64,000 nt of DNA from Vulcanimicrobiota bacterium (GCA_963812155.1 CAWETW010000003.1:1216001-1280000); one strand, 5' to 3'; positions 51,830-60,632 are shown, counted from the first letter of the stretch. Numbers and translations: made by a program. Notes: generated by a model not told the origin, from the sequence alone.

Positions 51830-53164
51830 TTGACCGATCCGTCGCGAAGTAGTTCTCTCATCTATACGCTGCACGTCCTCGTTCTCGTGGCTCTCGTGGT
51901 GCTGGCGGCGTTCTTCGCGGCATCCGAAGCAGCGCTCGTCTCGATCTCGCGCTTGCGGGCTCGAGCGATGACCGAGCGCCGCGTCAAGGGCTCCGCGCGC
52001 GTGCTCGAGATGGTCGAGGAGAAGAATCGCTATCTCACGTCCATCCTCGTGGGTAACACGATCGTGCTGCTCGCGTCCGATTCCCTGGCCACCTACGTCG
52101 CCATCGAACTCGGTCTCCCGGCAGCGGCGGTCTTTTCGACGGTCGTGATGACGGTCGTGCTGCTGCTCTTCGGCGAGATTATTCCAAAGCTCGTGGCAAC
52201 GGCCGACGGCGAACGCTGGGCACTCCGGCTGGCGGCCCCGATGCGCGTCGCTTCCTACATCCTCACGCCGATCGCCAAAGCTTTTCAGTTCGTGACCGAG
52301 TTGCTGTTGCGCCCGTTCGGGATCAAGCACGCTCGCCAGATTTACGTGACCGAGGAGGATATCCGCACGCTGGTAAACGTCGGCGCGGAACAGCGGGTCA
52401 TCGAAGAAGAAGAGCGCGAGCTGATCCACTCCGTCATGGAGTTCGGCGATACGATCGTTCGCGAAGTCATGAAACCGCGTCCCGAGATGATTGCGGTGTC
52501 GGTCGACGATTCGCCACGCCGCGCCCTCGACACCGTCATCTCCGAGGGGTACTCGAAACTGCCGGCGTACCAAGAATCGAAAGACGACGTGGTCGGCGTC
52601 GTGCACGACCGCGAGTTATTGGTGGCGCTCGCCAACGGATCGCTCGCGCACACGTCGCTGCGCTCGTTGATGCGGCCTGCGGTGCACGTACCCGAAAGTA
52701 AGAAGATCGCCGAACTGCTGCGCGAGATGCAGCGCGACAAATTCTCGATGGCGATCGTCGTCGACGAATACGGCGGCACGGCCGGATTGGTAACGATGGA
52801 AGATCTCCTCGAGGAAATCGTGGGAGAAATTCGGGACGAGCACGACGAGGACGAGCAAGAACCCATCCATGTGGTATCCGATACCGAAGCCGTCGTCGAC
52901 GCGGGCACGAACATCGACGACGTCAACGCCCGGCTGGAGACGCGCATCCCGAGCGAAGATTTCGAAACGATCGGCGGCTACACGGTCGGACTCTTCGGGC
53001 GCTTGCCGGCCGAGGGTGAAGAAATCGACGCCGATCCGCATACGCGGCTGAAGGTCGAGCGGACGCGCGGCCGGCGCATCCTTTCCGTACGCATCTTCAC
53101 CAACGGTACGCCGGCCGAGGAGTGGGACTCCGAGGAGGCCCCCGACGAACGCTCGCGCGTATAA
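51830..53164 (+). CDS. HlyC/CorC (CNNM-CBS-CorC) family transporter
   Basis: FFAASEAAL, FGEIIPK, VREVMKPR, VVDEYGGTAGLVTMEDLLEEIVGEI, ETIGG. Confidence 0.94.
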   Translation: MTDPSRSSSLIYTLHVLVLVALVVLAAFFAASEAALVSISRLRARAMTERRVKGSARVLEMVEEKNRYLTSILVGNTIVLLASDSLATYVAIELGLPAAAVFSTVVMTVVLLLFGEIIPKLVATADGERWALRLAAPMRVASYILTPIAKAFQFVTELLLRPFGIKHARQIYVTEEDIRTLVNVGAEQRVIEEEERELIHSVMEFGDTIVREVMKPRPEMIAVSVDDSPRRALDTVISEGYSKLPAYQESKDDVVGVVHDRELLVALANGSLAHTSLRSLMRPAVHVPESKKIAELLREMQRDKFSMAIVVDEYGGTAGLVTMEDLLEEIVGEIRDEHDEDEQEPIHVVSDTEAVVDAGTNIDDVNARLETRIPSEDFETIGGYTVGLFGRLPAEGEEIDADPHTRLKVERTRGRRILSVRIFTNGTPAEEWDSEEAPDERSRV

Positions 53165-53882
53165 GACGCGCGGTGTCGTGCTGCGCGGCCGGCAGCTCGG
53201 CGAAGCAGACCGCATCTACACGCTCTTCACCACGGAGCGCGGCAAGCTCGACGCGGTCGCCAAAGGCGTGCGCCGCGCGAAAAGCCACTTCGCCGGCCGG
53301 CTGGAGTTCGGCAACGAGTGCGAATTCGGCATGCATCGCGGGCGCACGCTCGACGTCATCGTATCGGCCGACATCGTCCGAGCGCCGTGGTCGCGCCTGG
53401 TTGAGCCCGAACGTTTTGCGGCGGCGTCGGCGACTGCCGAACTGGTCGAGGGGTTCTGCGAGCCGGATCTCGCGCTGCCCGAGATCTACGAGTTGCTCAC
53501 CGGAATGATCGCCGCGGTCGAGACGTCGGCGCGGCCCGCAGAGCTGCTGCCGCGCTTCTCGGCGCGTTTACTGGATCTGCTGGGATTGGCACCGCCGCCG
53601 GACGCGTGCGTGCGCTGCGGGCAAGCTCTCGCACCCGAGATCGCGTGGATCGACGCGGAGGCCGGCGGTTTGATCGACGATCGCTGCCGCGAGCGCTGGC
53701 GCGATCTTCCGGAACTCGACGCGCGCGATCGCGTGAACTTTCGGGCCCTGTGGATGCCCAAAGGCGGCGCGGCGACCGCGCGCGCGACGCCGCGCGTGGC
53801 ACGCGCCGTCGACGAACTGTTGGCGCACCATCTGGGACGGCGCCCGCGAGCCGGGGCGCACTTGGCTGAGTTCGCGCGCTAA
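53145..53882 (+). CDS. recO: DNA repair protein RecO; probable ACG start
   Basis: YKTRGVVLR..GEADRI..FT..GK..AVAKGVRR, CVRCG; GAGGAGG 6 nt before ACG 53145. Confidence 0.93.
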   Translation, partial: TNARAYKTRGVVLRGRQLGEADRIYTLFTTERGKLDAVAKGVRRAKSHFAGRLEFGNECEFGMHRGRTLDVIVSADIVRAPWSRLVEPERFAAASATAELVEGFCEPDLALPEIYELLTGMIAAVETSARPAELLPRFSARLLDLLGLAPPPDACVRCGQALAPEIAWIDAEAGGLIDDRCRERWRDLPELDARDRVNFRALWMPKGGAATARATPRVARAVDELLAHHLGRRPRAGAHLAEFAR

Positions 53883-54308
53883 GTGGCGATTGTCGCGCTG
53901 GACGTCGGGTCGAAACGCATCGGGGTGGCGGTTTCGGATCCGGGTCTGACGTTCGCGCTGCCGGTCGAGACGATCGAGCGCACCAATCTCGATGCGGATC
54001 TCGCGCGCATCGTTGAGCTGGCGCAGTCGTACGATGCGACCGAAATGGTGGTCGGCGATCCCGTGACCCTTGCCGGCGAACGCAGTTTCGCGGCCGCGAA
54101 GACCGATGCGTTCGTGGAACATCTGAAGCGTGTCTTTGCGGGAACGGTACACCGTATGGACGAGCGCCTCACCACGGCGCAAGCAACCAAGACGCTCCTC
54201 GCGGCGGATATGTCGCGCAAGAAGCGCCGGCAAGTCGTCGATCGCATGGCGGCAGCGCTAATTCTCGAAACGTTTCTCGGCCGCCGCCGAAATCTGCGCG
54301 CACCGTGA
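53883..54308 (+). CDS. ruvX: YqgF/RuvX pre-16S rRNA nuclease
   Basis: ALDVGSKRIGVAVSD, DERLTT, VDRMAAALIL. Confidence 0.95.
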   Translation: MAIVALDVGSKRIGVAVSDPGLTFALPVETIERTNLDADLARIVELAQSYDATEMVVGDPVTLAGERSFAAAKTDAFVEHLKRVFAGTVHRMDERLTTAQATKTLLAADMSRKKRRQVVDRMAAALILETFLGRRRNLRAP

Positions 54309-55303
54309 AGGCCGCCGCGCGCGTCGCGGCGGCGCTGTTAGGAGCCGCAATCGCCGTCACGCTCGGGGGCGCGGCATGGTGGTGGCATGCCGCATATCGC
54401 GACCGGGCGGTGCCCGCCGCACCGACGCAAGCGATCGTTCCGCAGGGAGCGACGTTTTCGGAAGTCGCGCGCCAGTTGGCGGCCGCCGGCGTGATCGACA
54501 ACGTTCTCGCGTTTCGCGTGCTCGCGCGCTTGCGCGGACAAGAAGCCGACGTGCGCGCCGGCGAGTACCGCTTCGCCGCCCATCAAACGCAAGACGAGGT
54601 GCTGCGCGCGCTCGTGAGCCAAGGCGCACAGGTCGCAGCGTGGGTCACGGTTCCCGAAGGTTTCACGAGCCGGCAGATTGCACGACGGCTTGCGGATACG
54701 GGCGTAGGCACCGCGTCGCAGTTCGAGCGGGCCTTCGCGCGCGACACGATGGTGGTTGCGGGCACCCGCACGAAAAGCATGGAGGGATTCCTGTTCCCCA
54801 GCACTTATTTGGTCGCGCTCGGCGCGTCGCCGCGGCAAGTCGAAGACGCGATGACGGCGCAATTTTTTGCGCATCTTCCGCACGACGCTGCGGTGCGGGC
54901 GCGGCAACTGCACGTCAGCGTACCGCAGGCGGTGACGGTCGCGTCGCTGGTCGAACGCGAGGCCAAGGCCGAAGCGGATCGCCCGCTGATCGCGGGCGTG
55001 ATCTACAACCGGCTGCGGCTCGACGTGCCGCTCGAAGTGGATGCAACGATCGAATATGCGCTGCCCGAGCACAAGCGAGCGCTCTCGTACGCCGACTTGA
55101 AGATCGATTCCCCGTACAATACGTACCTGCACGCCGGCCTGCCTCCGACCCCGATTGCCAATCCCGGCGTCCCGTCGATGGAAGCCGCGCTGCATCCGTC
55201 GAAGACCGACTTCCTTTACTACGTGTATTGCGGGAACGGGCGCCACGTTTTCGCCAAAACGCTCACGGAGCATCAAGCCAACGTGGCGCGCTGTCTGCAC
55301 TGA
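54305..55303 (+). CDS. mltG: endolytic transglycosylase MltG
   Basis: TVPEG, EGFLFPSTY, ASLVERE, IYNRL, SPYNTY..GLPPTPIANPG. Confidence 0.95.
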   Translation: MKAAARVAAALLGAAIAVTLGGAAWWWHAAYRDRAVPAAPTQAIVPQGATFSEVARQLAAAGVIDNVLAFRVLARLRGQEADVRAGEYRFAAHQTQDEVLRALVSQGAQVAAWVTVPEGFTSRQIARRLADTGVGTASQFERAFARDTMVVAGTRTKSMEGFLFPSTYLVALGASPRQVEDAMTAQFFAHLPHDAAVRARQLHVSVPQAVTVASLVEREAKAEADRPLIAGVIYNRLRLDVPLEVDATIEYALPEHKRALSYADLKIDSPYNTYLHAGLPPTPIANPGVPSMEAALHPSKTDFLYYVYCGNGRHVFAKTLTEHQANVARCLH

Positions 55304-55334
55304 TGACACGCCGAAGAAGAAAGGAGCGCGAATC

Positions 55335-55649
55335 GTGACGGCTTCGAACGGACAGGGACCGGCCGCTCCGTTGGACGTGGGCGAAGTTCTGCAACTGCGG
55401 GTCGAGGACGGGTCGACCCTGGAGTACGAGGTGCGGGCGATCTTCGAGGACGCCGAAGCGCACGTCAGCTATGCCGTGCTCGAACGCGAAAGTGACGGCG
55501 AGGGCGATGGCGATGGCGATGGCGACCGCGAGGTAATCGTTACGGATCTCGACGGCAACCTCATCGACGACGAGGATCTCGTTCGCGACGTGCTTGAAAA
55601 CTACGACGTCTTCAGCGAAGAAGCCGGCGACTCGGGAGGCGCCGGTTAA
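55335..55649 (+). CDS. acidic DUF1292-like protein
   Basis: SD AAGGAG before GTG; EDGSTLEYEV..F..YAVL; very acidic; typical neighbour of ruvX/mltG. Confidence 0.65.
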   Translation: MTASNGQGPAAPLDVGEVLQLRVEDGSTLEYEVRAIFEDAEAHVSYAVLERESDGEGDGDGDGDREVIVTDLDGNLIDDEDLVRDVLENYDVFSEEAGDSGGAG

Positions 55650-56785
55650 TTCGCGTTCTTTTTCTGTCGGCCAGCGTCGGCGTCGGACACCTCTCGGCCG
55701 CCAATGCCGTCTGCTGCGCGCTTCGCGAACGTGATCCCGGCGTGCGCACGACGGTCGTCGATTCGTATAAGTATGCCGCACTGGTCGTGTCGCGCGTCGT
55801 TTCCGACGGTTACCTTCAAATGGTCAAGACGATACCGCAGATGTACCGCTACATCTACGATCGAGCCGAACGCGCAACCGAGGTTGGTCCGTTTCGAACC
55901 TGGGCGCATCAGTTTACGGCCGGAAATTTGCGGCCGCTGCTCGAGCGGGAGCGGCCCGACGTGGTCGTCTGCACCCACGCGTTTCCGTGCGGCGCGATGG
56001 CCGAATACAAGCGGCTTTTCGACGACGCTCCGCCGGCGATCGGCATCGTCACCGATTTTGCGGTGCATGCGTTTTGGATGCACGCCAACATCGACGGGTA
56101 CGTCGTGGCCAGCGACGCGGTTCGCGACGCGATGACGGCGCGCGGCATTCCGGGCGAACGAATCGTGGCCGCCGGCATTCCGGTTCGCCGTGAGTTCGTG
56201 CCCGGAAACGAAACTCGCGACGCGCTGCGCGAACGCCTGGATCTCCCGCGCGACCGCCACGTCGTGCTGATGATGGGCGGCGGCCTCGGCATCGGTCCGC
56301 TCGAGCGGATGATGCGAGCGCTCGAGCGCGTCTCCATTCCGTTGGCAGCGGTCGTAATCGCGGGGCGGAACGCGCGCAGCGAGCGGCGCGTGCGTGCGGC
56401 CGCCGAGAGCATCGGATATCCGGTGCGCGCGCTGCGGTTTGTCGAGAACGTCTATGACTACATGCACGCTGCAGATGCATTCGTGACCAAACCCGGCGGG
56501 TTGAGCACGGCCGAAGCGCTCGTGGCCGGGATTCCGATGGTCCTCTGCAAGCCGCTGCCCGGTCAGGAGGAGCGCAACGCGCGCTATCTCAGCGACGCGG
56601 GTGCGGCGCTGCGAGCGCGCCGCGTGCGCGAACTGCCGGCGATCGTGGAATCGATTCTGACCGATTCGGCGCGTAGGGCTCGCATGGTTGGAGCGGCGCA
56701 GCGGCTCGCGCGCCCGGAAGCGGCAGGGGAAGCGGCGTCGATGATTGCACGATTGGGAACGGTGCGAAGGGAGGTGGTTGCGTGA
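55649..56785 (+). CDS. MGDG synthase/UgtP-like GT28 glycosyltransferase; probable ATT start
   Basis: RVLFLSASVGVGH upstream of first GTG; PDVVVCTH, IVTDF..H..W, GIPV, TKPGGLS, PLPGQEERNA. Confidence 0.9.
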   Translation: MRVLFLSASVGVGHLSAANAVCCALRERDPGVRTTVVDSYKYAALVVSRVVSDGYLQMVKTIPQMYRYIYDRAERATEVGPFRTWAHQFTAGNLRPLLERERPDVVVCTHAFPCGAMAEYKRLFDDAPPAIGIVTDFAVHAFWMHANIDGYVVASDAVRDAMTARGIPGERIVAAGIPVRREFVPGNETRDALRERLDLPRDRHVVLMMGGGLGIGPLERMMRALERVSIPLAAVVIAGRNARSERRVRAAAESIGYPVRALRFVENVYDYMHAADAFVTKPGGLSTAEALVAGIPMVLCKPLPGQEERNARYLSDAGAALRARRVRELPAIVESILTDSARRARMVGAAQRLARPEAAGEAASMIARLGTVRREVVA

Positions 56786-57330
56786 GCTCATTGCCCTCGT
56801 CGAGAGCATACGGCGGCTGGCTGGCGATCGTTCGCATCGTCACGGGCCTGATCTGGCTCTCGCACGGCGTGCCGAAATTCATGCAAAGCGCGCGTTTTAT
56901 GCCGCCCGGCGGTGCGATGGCGTCGTACGTGGCGCGCGGGCTGCAGACCGCAAGCCCTGCCTATCACGCATTTCTCGCCAACACCGTGCAGCCGAACATC
57001 ATGCTTTTCGCGGAACTCGTGCGTTTGGGCGAGGTGCTCGTCGGCATCGCACTCGTGCTGGGCGCACTGACCCGCGTGGGAGGCTTCTTCGGAATCGTTC
57101 TGACGCTGAACTATCTCGCCGCGCGCGGACATCTGCTCTCGTCGGCGACGCTTCAGAGCACCGATTTCGCCTTGCTGATGCTTTCGTTTATCGCGCTCGC
57201 TCTGCCGGTAGGGCGCGTGTTGGGCGTTGACGCGCTGCTGACCAGGCGCGCCCCGCGCGTCGAACGCGTACGCGCGGAGTTCGTGCCCGAGCCGACGCGT
57301 CCAGGTCCGAGCGCGCCTCCCGATCCGTAG
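56782..57330 (+). CDS. DoxX/TQO small subunit family membrane protein
   Basis: RIVTGLIWLSHGVPKF, GEVLVGIALVLGALTR, LGVDA. Confidence 0.85.
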   Translation: MSSLPSSRAYGGWLAIVRIVTGLIWLSHGVPKFMQSARFMPPGGAMASYVARGLQTASPAYHAFLANTVQPNIMLFAELVRLGEVLVGIALVLGALTRVGGFFGIVLTLNYLAARGHLLSSATLQSTDFALLMLSFIALALPVGRVLGVDALLTRRAPRVERVRAEFVPEPTRPGPSAPPDP

Positions 57331-57412
57331 CGGCGCGGCAGACGCGCCGGCGGACGGGTGAAGGGGACGGGCCGGGTCGCCGTTAAACAGGCGGGCTTGT
57401 CGTGCAGTCTCG

Positions 57413-57502
57413 GGAGAGATGGCCGAGCGGCTGAAGGCGGCGGTTTGCTAAACCGTTATACGATGTAAAGTCGTATCGAGGGTTCGAATCCCTCTCTCTC
57501 CG
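57413..57502 (+). tRNA. tRNA-Ser(GCT)
   Basis: GGAGAGA/TCTCTCC acceptor, anticodon arm GCGGT-TTGCTAA-ACCGT, long variable arm, GGTTCGAATCC; no encoded CCA. Confidence 0.95.
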
Positions 57503-57517
57503 AATGATGCGTCATAA

Positions 57518-57591
57518 GCGGTCGTAGCTCAATTGGATAGAGCAACAGGCTACGAACTTGTAGGTTGGGGGTTCGAGTCCCTCCGACCGCG
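57518..57591 (+). tRNA. tRNA-Arg(ACG)
   Basis: GCGGTCG/CGACCGC acceptor, ACAGG-CTACGAA-CTTGT, GGTTCGAGTCC. Confidence 0.95.
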
Positions 57592-57597
57592 GATGTC

Positions 57598-57636
57598 GAA
57601 CGAGTCCCGTCGCAACAACGCGGCGGGACTTCGTTC
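57598..57636. terminator. GC-rich hairpin between tRNA-Arg and convergent protease gene
   Basis: GAACGAGTCCCGTCGC..GCGGCGGGACTTCGTTC imperfect inverted repeat. Confidence 0.55.
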
Positions 57637-59194
57637 ATTCCTTGTGCGGGATCATAATGAGATGGCCGTGCGGGTAGTCGAAGACGTAATCGAAGTGGCG
57701 CAGGAAATCGTAACCCACGAGAATGTTCCGTCCGGAAAACGATGACGATTCGCAGGCCGGCGGTTGTTGGTAGACGATCGGACCCAGCGTGAGGGAATCG
57801 ACGTGTCCGCACGACTCCACCTCGTATCCCCCAACGCCTCCGATGTCCGGATGCGACTGCAGCATGCCGACGACCGAGTTGTCGACGAGCATGGCCAAGC
57901 CATACCGCGTGATGAGTTCTTTTCCGAACAGCACGTAGTAAAAGTTTCCGCTGTCGAGTTCGGCGCTCACGGGAATTCGGCCGTCCATCTTCATGGGAAC
58001 GTTTGGCACGCCGTCGCTGAGGTCGACGTTGAGCGCGATGCCCGCACTCGCGTCGGTCTGTGCGGCGGACGGATCCGAGATCGTCAGTTGTTGCGCCGAC
58101 GCGTTCAACCGAACGACCGCGCCGCCGAAGAGATCGAAACCGATCACGCCGTCTGGGGCGTCGGAGTCCATACTGTCGGGAATCGAGTTGGCCACGACGT
58201 TCGACAAGACGTTTCCGCCGATTTCCAGGCTGTCGAGTTTGAGAATGTTTCCCTTTGCCGTTCCGGCGATTCCGCCGATGCTTTCGCTCGTCAGCGTCTT
58301 CACGGCGGCTTTTACGCCAAACGCGCGGGTGAGATAGATTCCGTCGGCACCGGTGTCGATGATGAAGCGTCCGGGCGTTCCGTTCACCTTCGCGTCGACG
58401 ATGAAACGCGTATCGCTGACTTTGAACCCGAACGGCGCAGGATTGGAAAACGCCCAGGTGGCACGCGGCGCAGGCGGATGAAGGTCGTTGTCGGTCACCG
58501 CGACGTTGGCATCGGTTTTTTCGACGGTCCAGGTCGAGCCGCGGCCGTAGCGGTACGAGCCGATGATTTTCTTTCCGGGCGATGCGTCGGTATATCCGAG
58601 CACGTGAATCGTCTCGGTTGAGGATCCGTCGGGATCGATCACTGCCTGCACGAAGGCGCCGCTATCCGGATCGACGTAGAGGTCGATCGGATAATCGTCT
58701 TTCATCGTTACCCTAACGATCTGCGTGGCTTTTCCGCCGACGTCTGCCGAGCCGCGCAGCGTTCCCGTCAGTCCCGAAAGCGCCTCGTTGAAGAGAAGAT
58801 CCTCGGCGAGGGCCGCTTTCGCCGGGTCGCCGAAGGCCGGGGTCGTAAATCCGTTGACGTTGCTTTGCCAGAAGATATTGCCGGTGAATCCTTCGTCCCG
58901 CTGCAACCCTGCCCGCCTGTTTTGCGAGAACGTCGTGCGATAGACGAGACCCTCGGAAACCGTTGAAAACGCGGCGGTCGTCTCACCCTTGGCGTTGACG
59001 GTGCGGCCCGTCAGACGCATGCTGCTAAACGTTCCGTCACCGAGTTGCCAGCCGACGAAGGCGCGGTGCTTCGCGAGCAGCCCTTGCGCGCCGGCATCTT
59101 CCACGGCGGAGGCTGGAACGGCCACGAGACATATGGTAATCGCCGCCGCGTACGCGATCGGCTTGATGAGAAAGAATGACGAGTGGTTCGACAT
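57635..59194 (-). CDS. secreted retropepsin-like aspartyl protease with two protease domains
   Basis: Signal peptide; FIIDTGA and AELDSG motifs, DGVIGFD and LVGYDFL; SD GGAGGAG. Confidence 0.85.
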   Translation of the reverse strand: MSNHSSFFLIKPIAYAAAITICLVAVPASAVEDAGAQGLLAKHRAFVGWQLGDGTFSSMRLTGRTVNAKGETTAAFSTVSEGLVYRTTFSQNRRAGLQRDEGFTGNIFWQSNVNGFTTPAFGDPAKAALAEDLLFNEALSGLTGTLRGSADVGGKATQIVRVTMKDDYPIDLYVDPDSGAFVQAVIDPDGSSTETIHVLGYTDASPGKKIIGSYRYGRGSTWTVEKTDANVAVTDNDLHPPAPRATWAFSNPAPFGFKVSDTRFIVDAKVNGTPGRFIIDTGADGIYLTRAFGVKAAVKTLTSESIGGIAGTAKGNILKLDSLEIGGNVLSNVVANSIPDSMDSDAPDGVIGFDLFGGAVVRLNASAQQLTISDPSAAQTDASAGIALNVDLSDGVPNVPMKMDGRIPVSAELDSGNFYYVLFGKELITRYGLAMLVDNSVVGMLQSHPDIGGVGGYEVESCGHVDSLTLGPIVYQQPPACESSSFSGRNILVGYDFLRHFDYVFDYPHGHLIMIPHKE

Positions 59195-59295
59195 AGGCTC
59201 CTCCATGTGCGAACGCGCGCTCGTATAGCAAGCGCTCTTGCGGTCATGTTTTCGAAGCGCCGGGGAGGGGCCCTGCGCCGCGACGCCGTCCTCGC

Positions 59296-59324
59296 TTGCG
59301 CGGCAGGGAGGGTTTTGCTAGAGT
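59296..59324 (+). promoter_or_regulatory. sigma70-type promoter for tRNA-Met
   Basis: TTGCGC-N17-TAGAGT with extended TG. Confidence 0.5.
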
Positions 59325-59352
59325 ACGGAAGCGAAGCGGGTACCTGCCGTGC

Positions 59353-59424
59353 GGCTCGGTAGCTCAGCGGTAGAGCAGGGGACTCATAAGCCCTTGGTCG
59401 GGTGTTCAAATCACCCCCGAGTCA
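59353..59424 (+). tRNA. tRNA with CAT anticodon (elongator Met most likely; Ile2 not excluded)
   Basis: GGCTCGG/CCGAGTC acceptor (1-72 paired, so not initiator), loop CTCATAA, GTTCAAATC. Confidence 0.9.
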
Positions 59425-59432
59425 AGATTTAA

Positions 59433-59466
59433 GGCGTCGGCCGCCGAAAAGAAGGCGGCCGACGTC
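59433..59466 (+). terminator. hairpin after tRNA-Met
   Basis: GGCGTCGGCCGCC-N8-GGCGGCCGACGTC. Confidence 0.55.
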
Positions 59467-59488
59467 GTTGTCGAGGTAATAGTCCGTC

Positions 59489-59723
59489 ATGTCCACCATA
59501 CCGTGCGATTTCTGTCCCCATCCCGTCGATCGCGACGCAGATGGAAGAGATCGAGATTTCGCACTACGTCCCGGATAGTTCCGGCGACGATCTCGCGTAC
59601 GCGCGCACGTATTTTTTCGGTCATCCCGATTGCGTGCGCAAGTTCTACCGATCCCTGGTCGATCACAAGCTCGATCTCTTCAAGCACATTCCCAGCGCGG
59701 GTCCTGCAATCCAGGAGCCGTGA
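59489..59723 (+). CDS. small putative zinc-binding protein, interrupted by a +1 frameshift at ~59531
   Basis: MSTIPCDFCPHPVD joins ATQMEEIEISH..FFGHPDCVRKF if one base is removed (CxxC..HxxC). Confidence 0.55.
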
Positions 59724-59732
59724 CGCTGGCGT

Positions 59733-59809
59733 GCGCCCGTAGCGTAGCTGGATAACGCACAGCCCTCCGAAGGCTGGGATCGGGGGTTCGAATCCCTCCG
59801 GGCGCGCCA
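59733..59809 (+). tRNA. tRNA-Arg(CCG)
   Basis: GCGCCCG/CGGGCGC acceptor, CAGCC-CTCCGAA-GGCTG, GGTTCGAATCC, encoded CCA. Confidence 0.95.
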
Positions 59810-59839
59810 TTTCTCAACGACGCGTAGCGGCGCGATAGG

Positions 59840-60319
59840 ATGACGGTAAGCGACGAAGAGTGCATGCGGCGAGCCTTGACGCTCGCCGCCCAAGCCGAAC
59901 GCGCCGGCGACGTGCCGGTGGGCGCGGTGCTCGTCAGCGGCGCACTCATCGTCGAAGCGTGCAACGAAAAAGAGTCGAGCGCCGATGCGACCGCGCATGC
60001 GGAGATGCTCGCGCTGCGCCGCGCGTCGCGCGCGCTGGGGACGTGGCGTTTGAGCGACGCGACGCTCTACGTTACGAAAGAGCCGTGCATCATGTGTGCC
60101 GGCGCGATGATTGCGGCGCGCATTCGCCGTCTCGTCTATGCGGCCAACGATCCGAAAGGCGGCGCCGACGGCGGTGCGTTCGATCTGCTGCGATCGCGCG
60201 CGACAAACCATCGCATCGAGGTTGAAGCCGGCGTGCTGCAATCCGAAGCATCCGCCCAACTGCAGCGGTTCTTTCGCGCACGCCGAGCACGTGAAGGCAT
60301 CGAACGGGCCTCGCCATAA
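59840..60319 (+). CDS. tadA: tRNA adenosine(34) deaminase
   Basis: DVPVGAV, TAHAEMLA, WRL, TLYVTKEPCIMCAGA, DPKGG, FFRARR. Confidence 0.95.
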   Translation: MTVSDEECMRRALTLAAQAERAGDVPVGAVLVSGALIVEACNEKESSADATAHAEMLALRRASRALGTWRLSDATLYVTKEPCIMCAGAMIAARIRRLVYAANDPKGGADGGAFDLLRSRATNHRIEVEAGVLQSEASAQLQRFFRARRAREGIERASP

Positions 60320-60337
60320 TAAGGCGCCTCGCGGCGC

Positions 60338-60428
60338 GGAGAGGTGGTCGAGTGGTTGAAGGCACCCGCCTCGAAAGCGGGCGAACGTGATGAGCGTTCC
60401 GAGAGTTCGAATCTCTCCCTCTCCGCCA
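60338..60428 (+). tRNA. tRNA-Ser(CGA)
   Basis: GGAGAGG/CCTCTCC acceptor, CCCGC-CTCGAAA-GCGGG, long variable arm, encoded CCA. Confidence 0.95.
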
Positions 60429-60595
60429 TAACATACGAGGGCCCATTCGGGCCCTCGTATGTTATGGAGACGCGTTGGCTCGGAACTCTCGGAACGCTCA
60501 TCAGCGAGGCGCGCAGCGCCGAGCGGTATTAAAACTTCGGTGCGCGCGCGTTAGCGCGCTGCACCGTTCCGAGAGTTCGAATCTCTCCCTCTCCG
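60426..60595. repeat. tRNA-Ser-derived repeat element: 19-bp perfect hairpin, inverted tRNA fragment and direct repeat of tRNA 3' end
   Basis: Hairpin 60426-60467; 60483-60503 = reverse complement of 60388-60408; 60565-60595 identical to 60395-60425. Confidence 0.85.
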
Positions 60596-60632
60596 ATGTA
60601 GAGAAGACCCGGTCAAACGACCGGGTCTCGCT

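Noticed and set aside
55494..55526. GGCGAT tandem repeat as a phase-variation tract
   Set aside because: Only about three exact 6-nt units, in frame, encoding a Gly-Asp linker; no frameshifting potential.
60395..60595. Prophage/genomic island at tRNA-Ser or a CRISPR array
   Set aside because: The direct repeats are only ~140 bp apart with no integrase or cargo; there are just two copies, both tRNA-derived, and no cas genes or regular repeat-spacer pattern.
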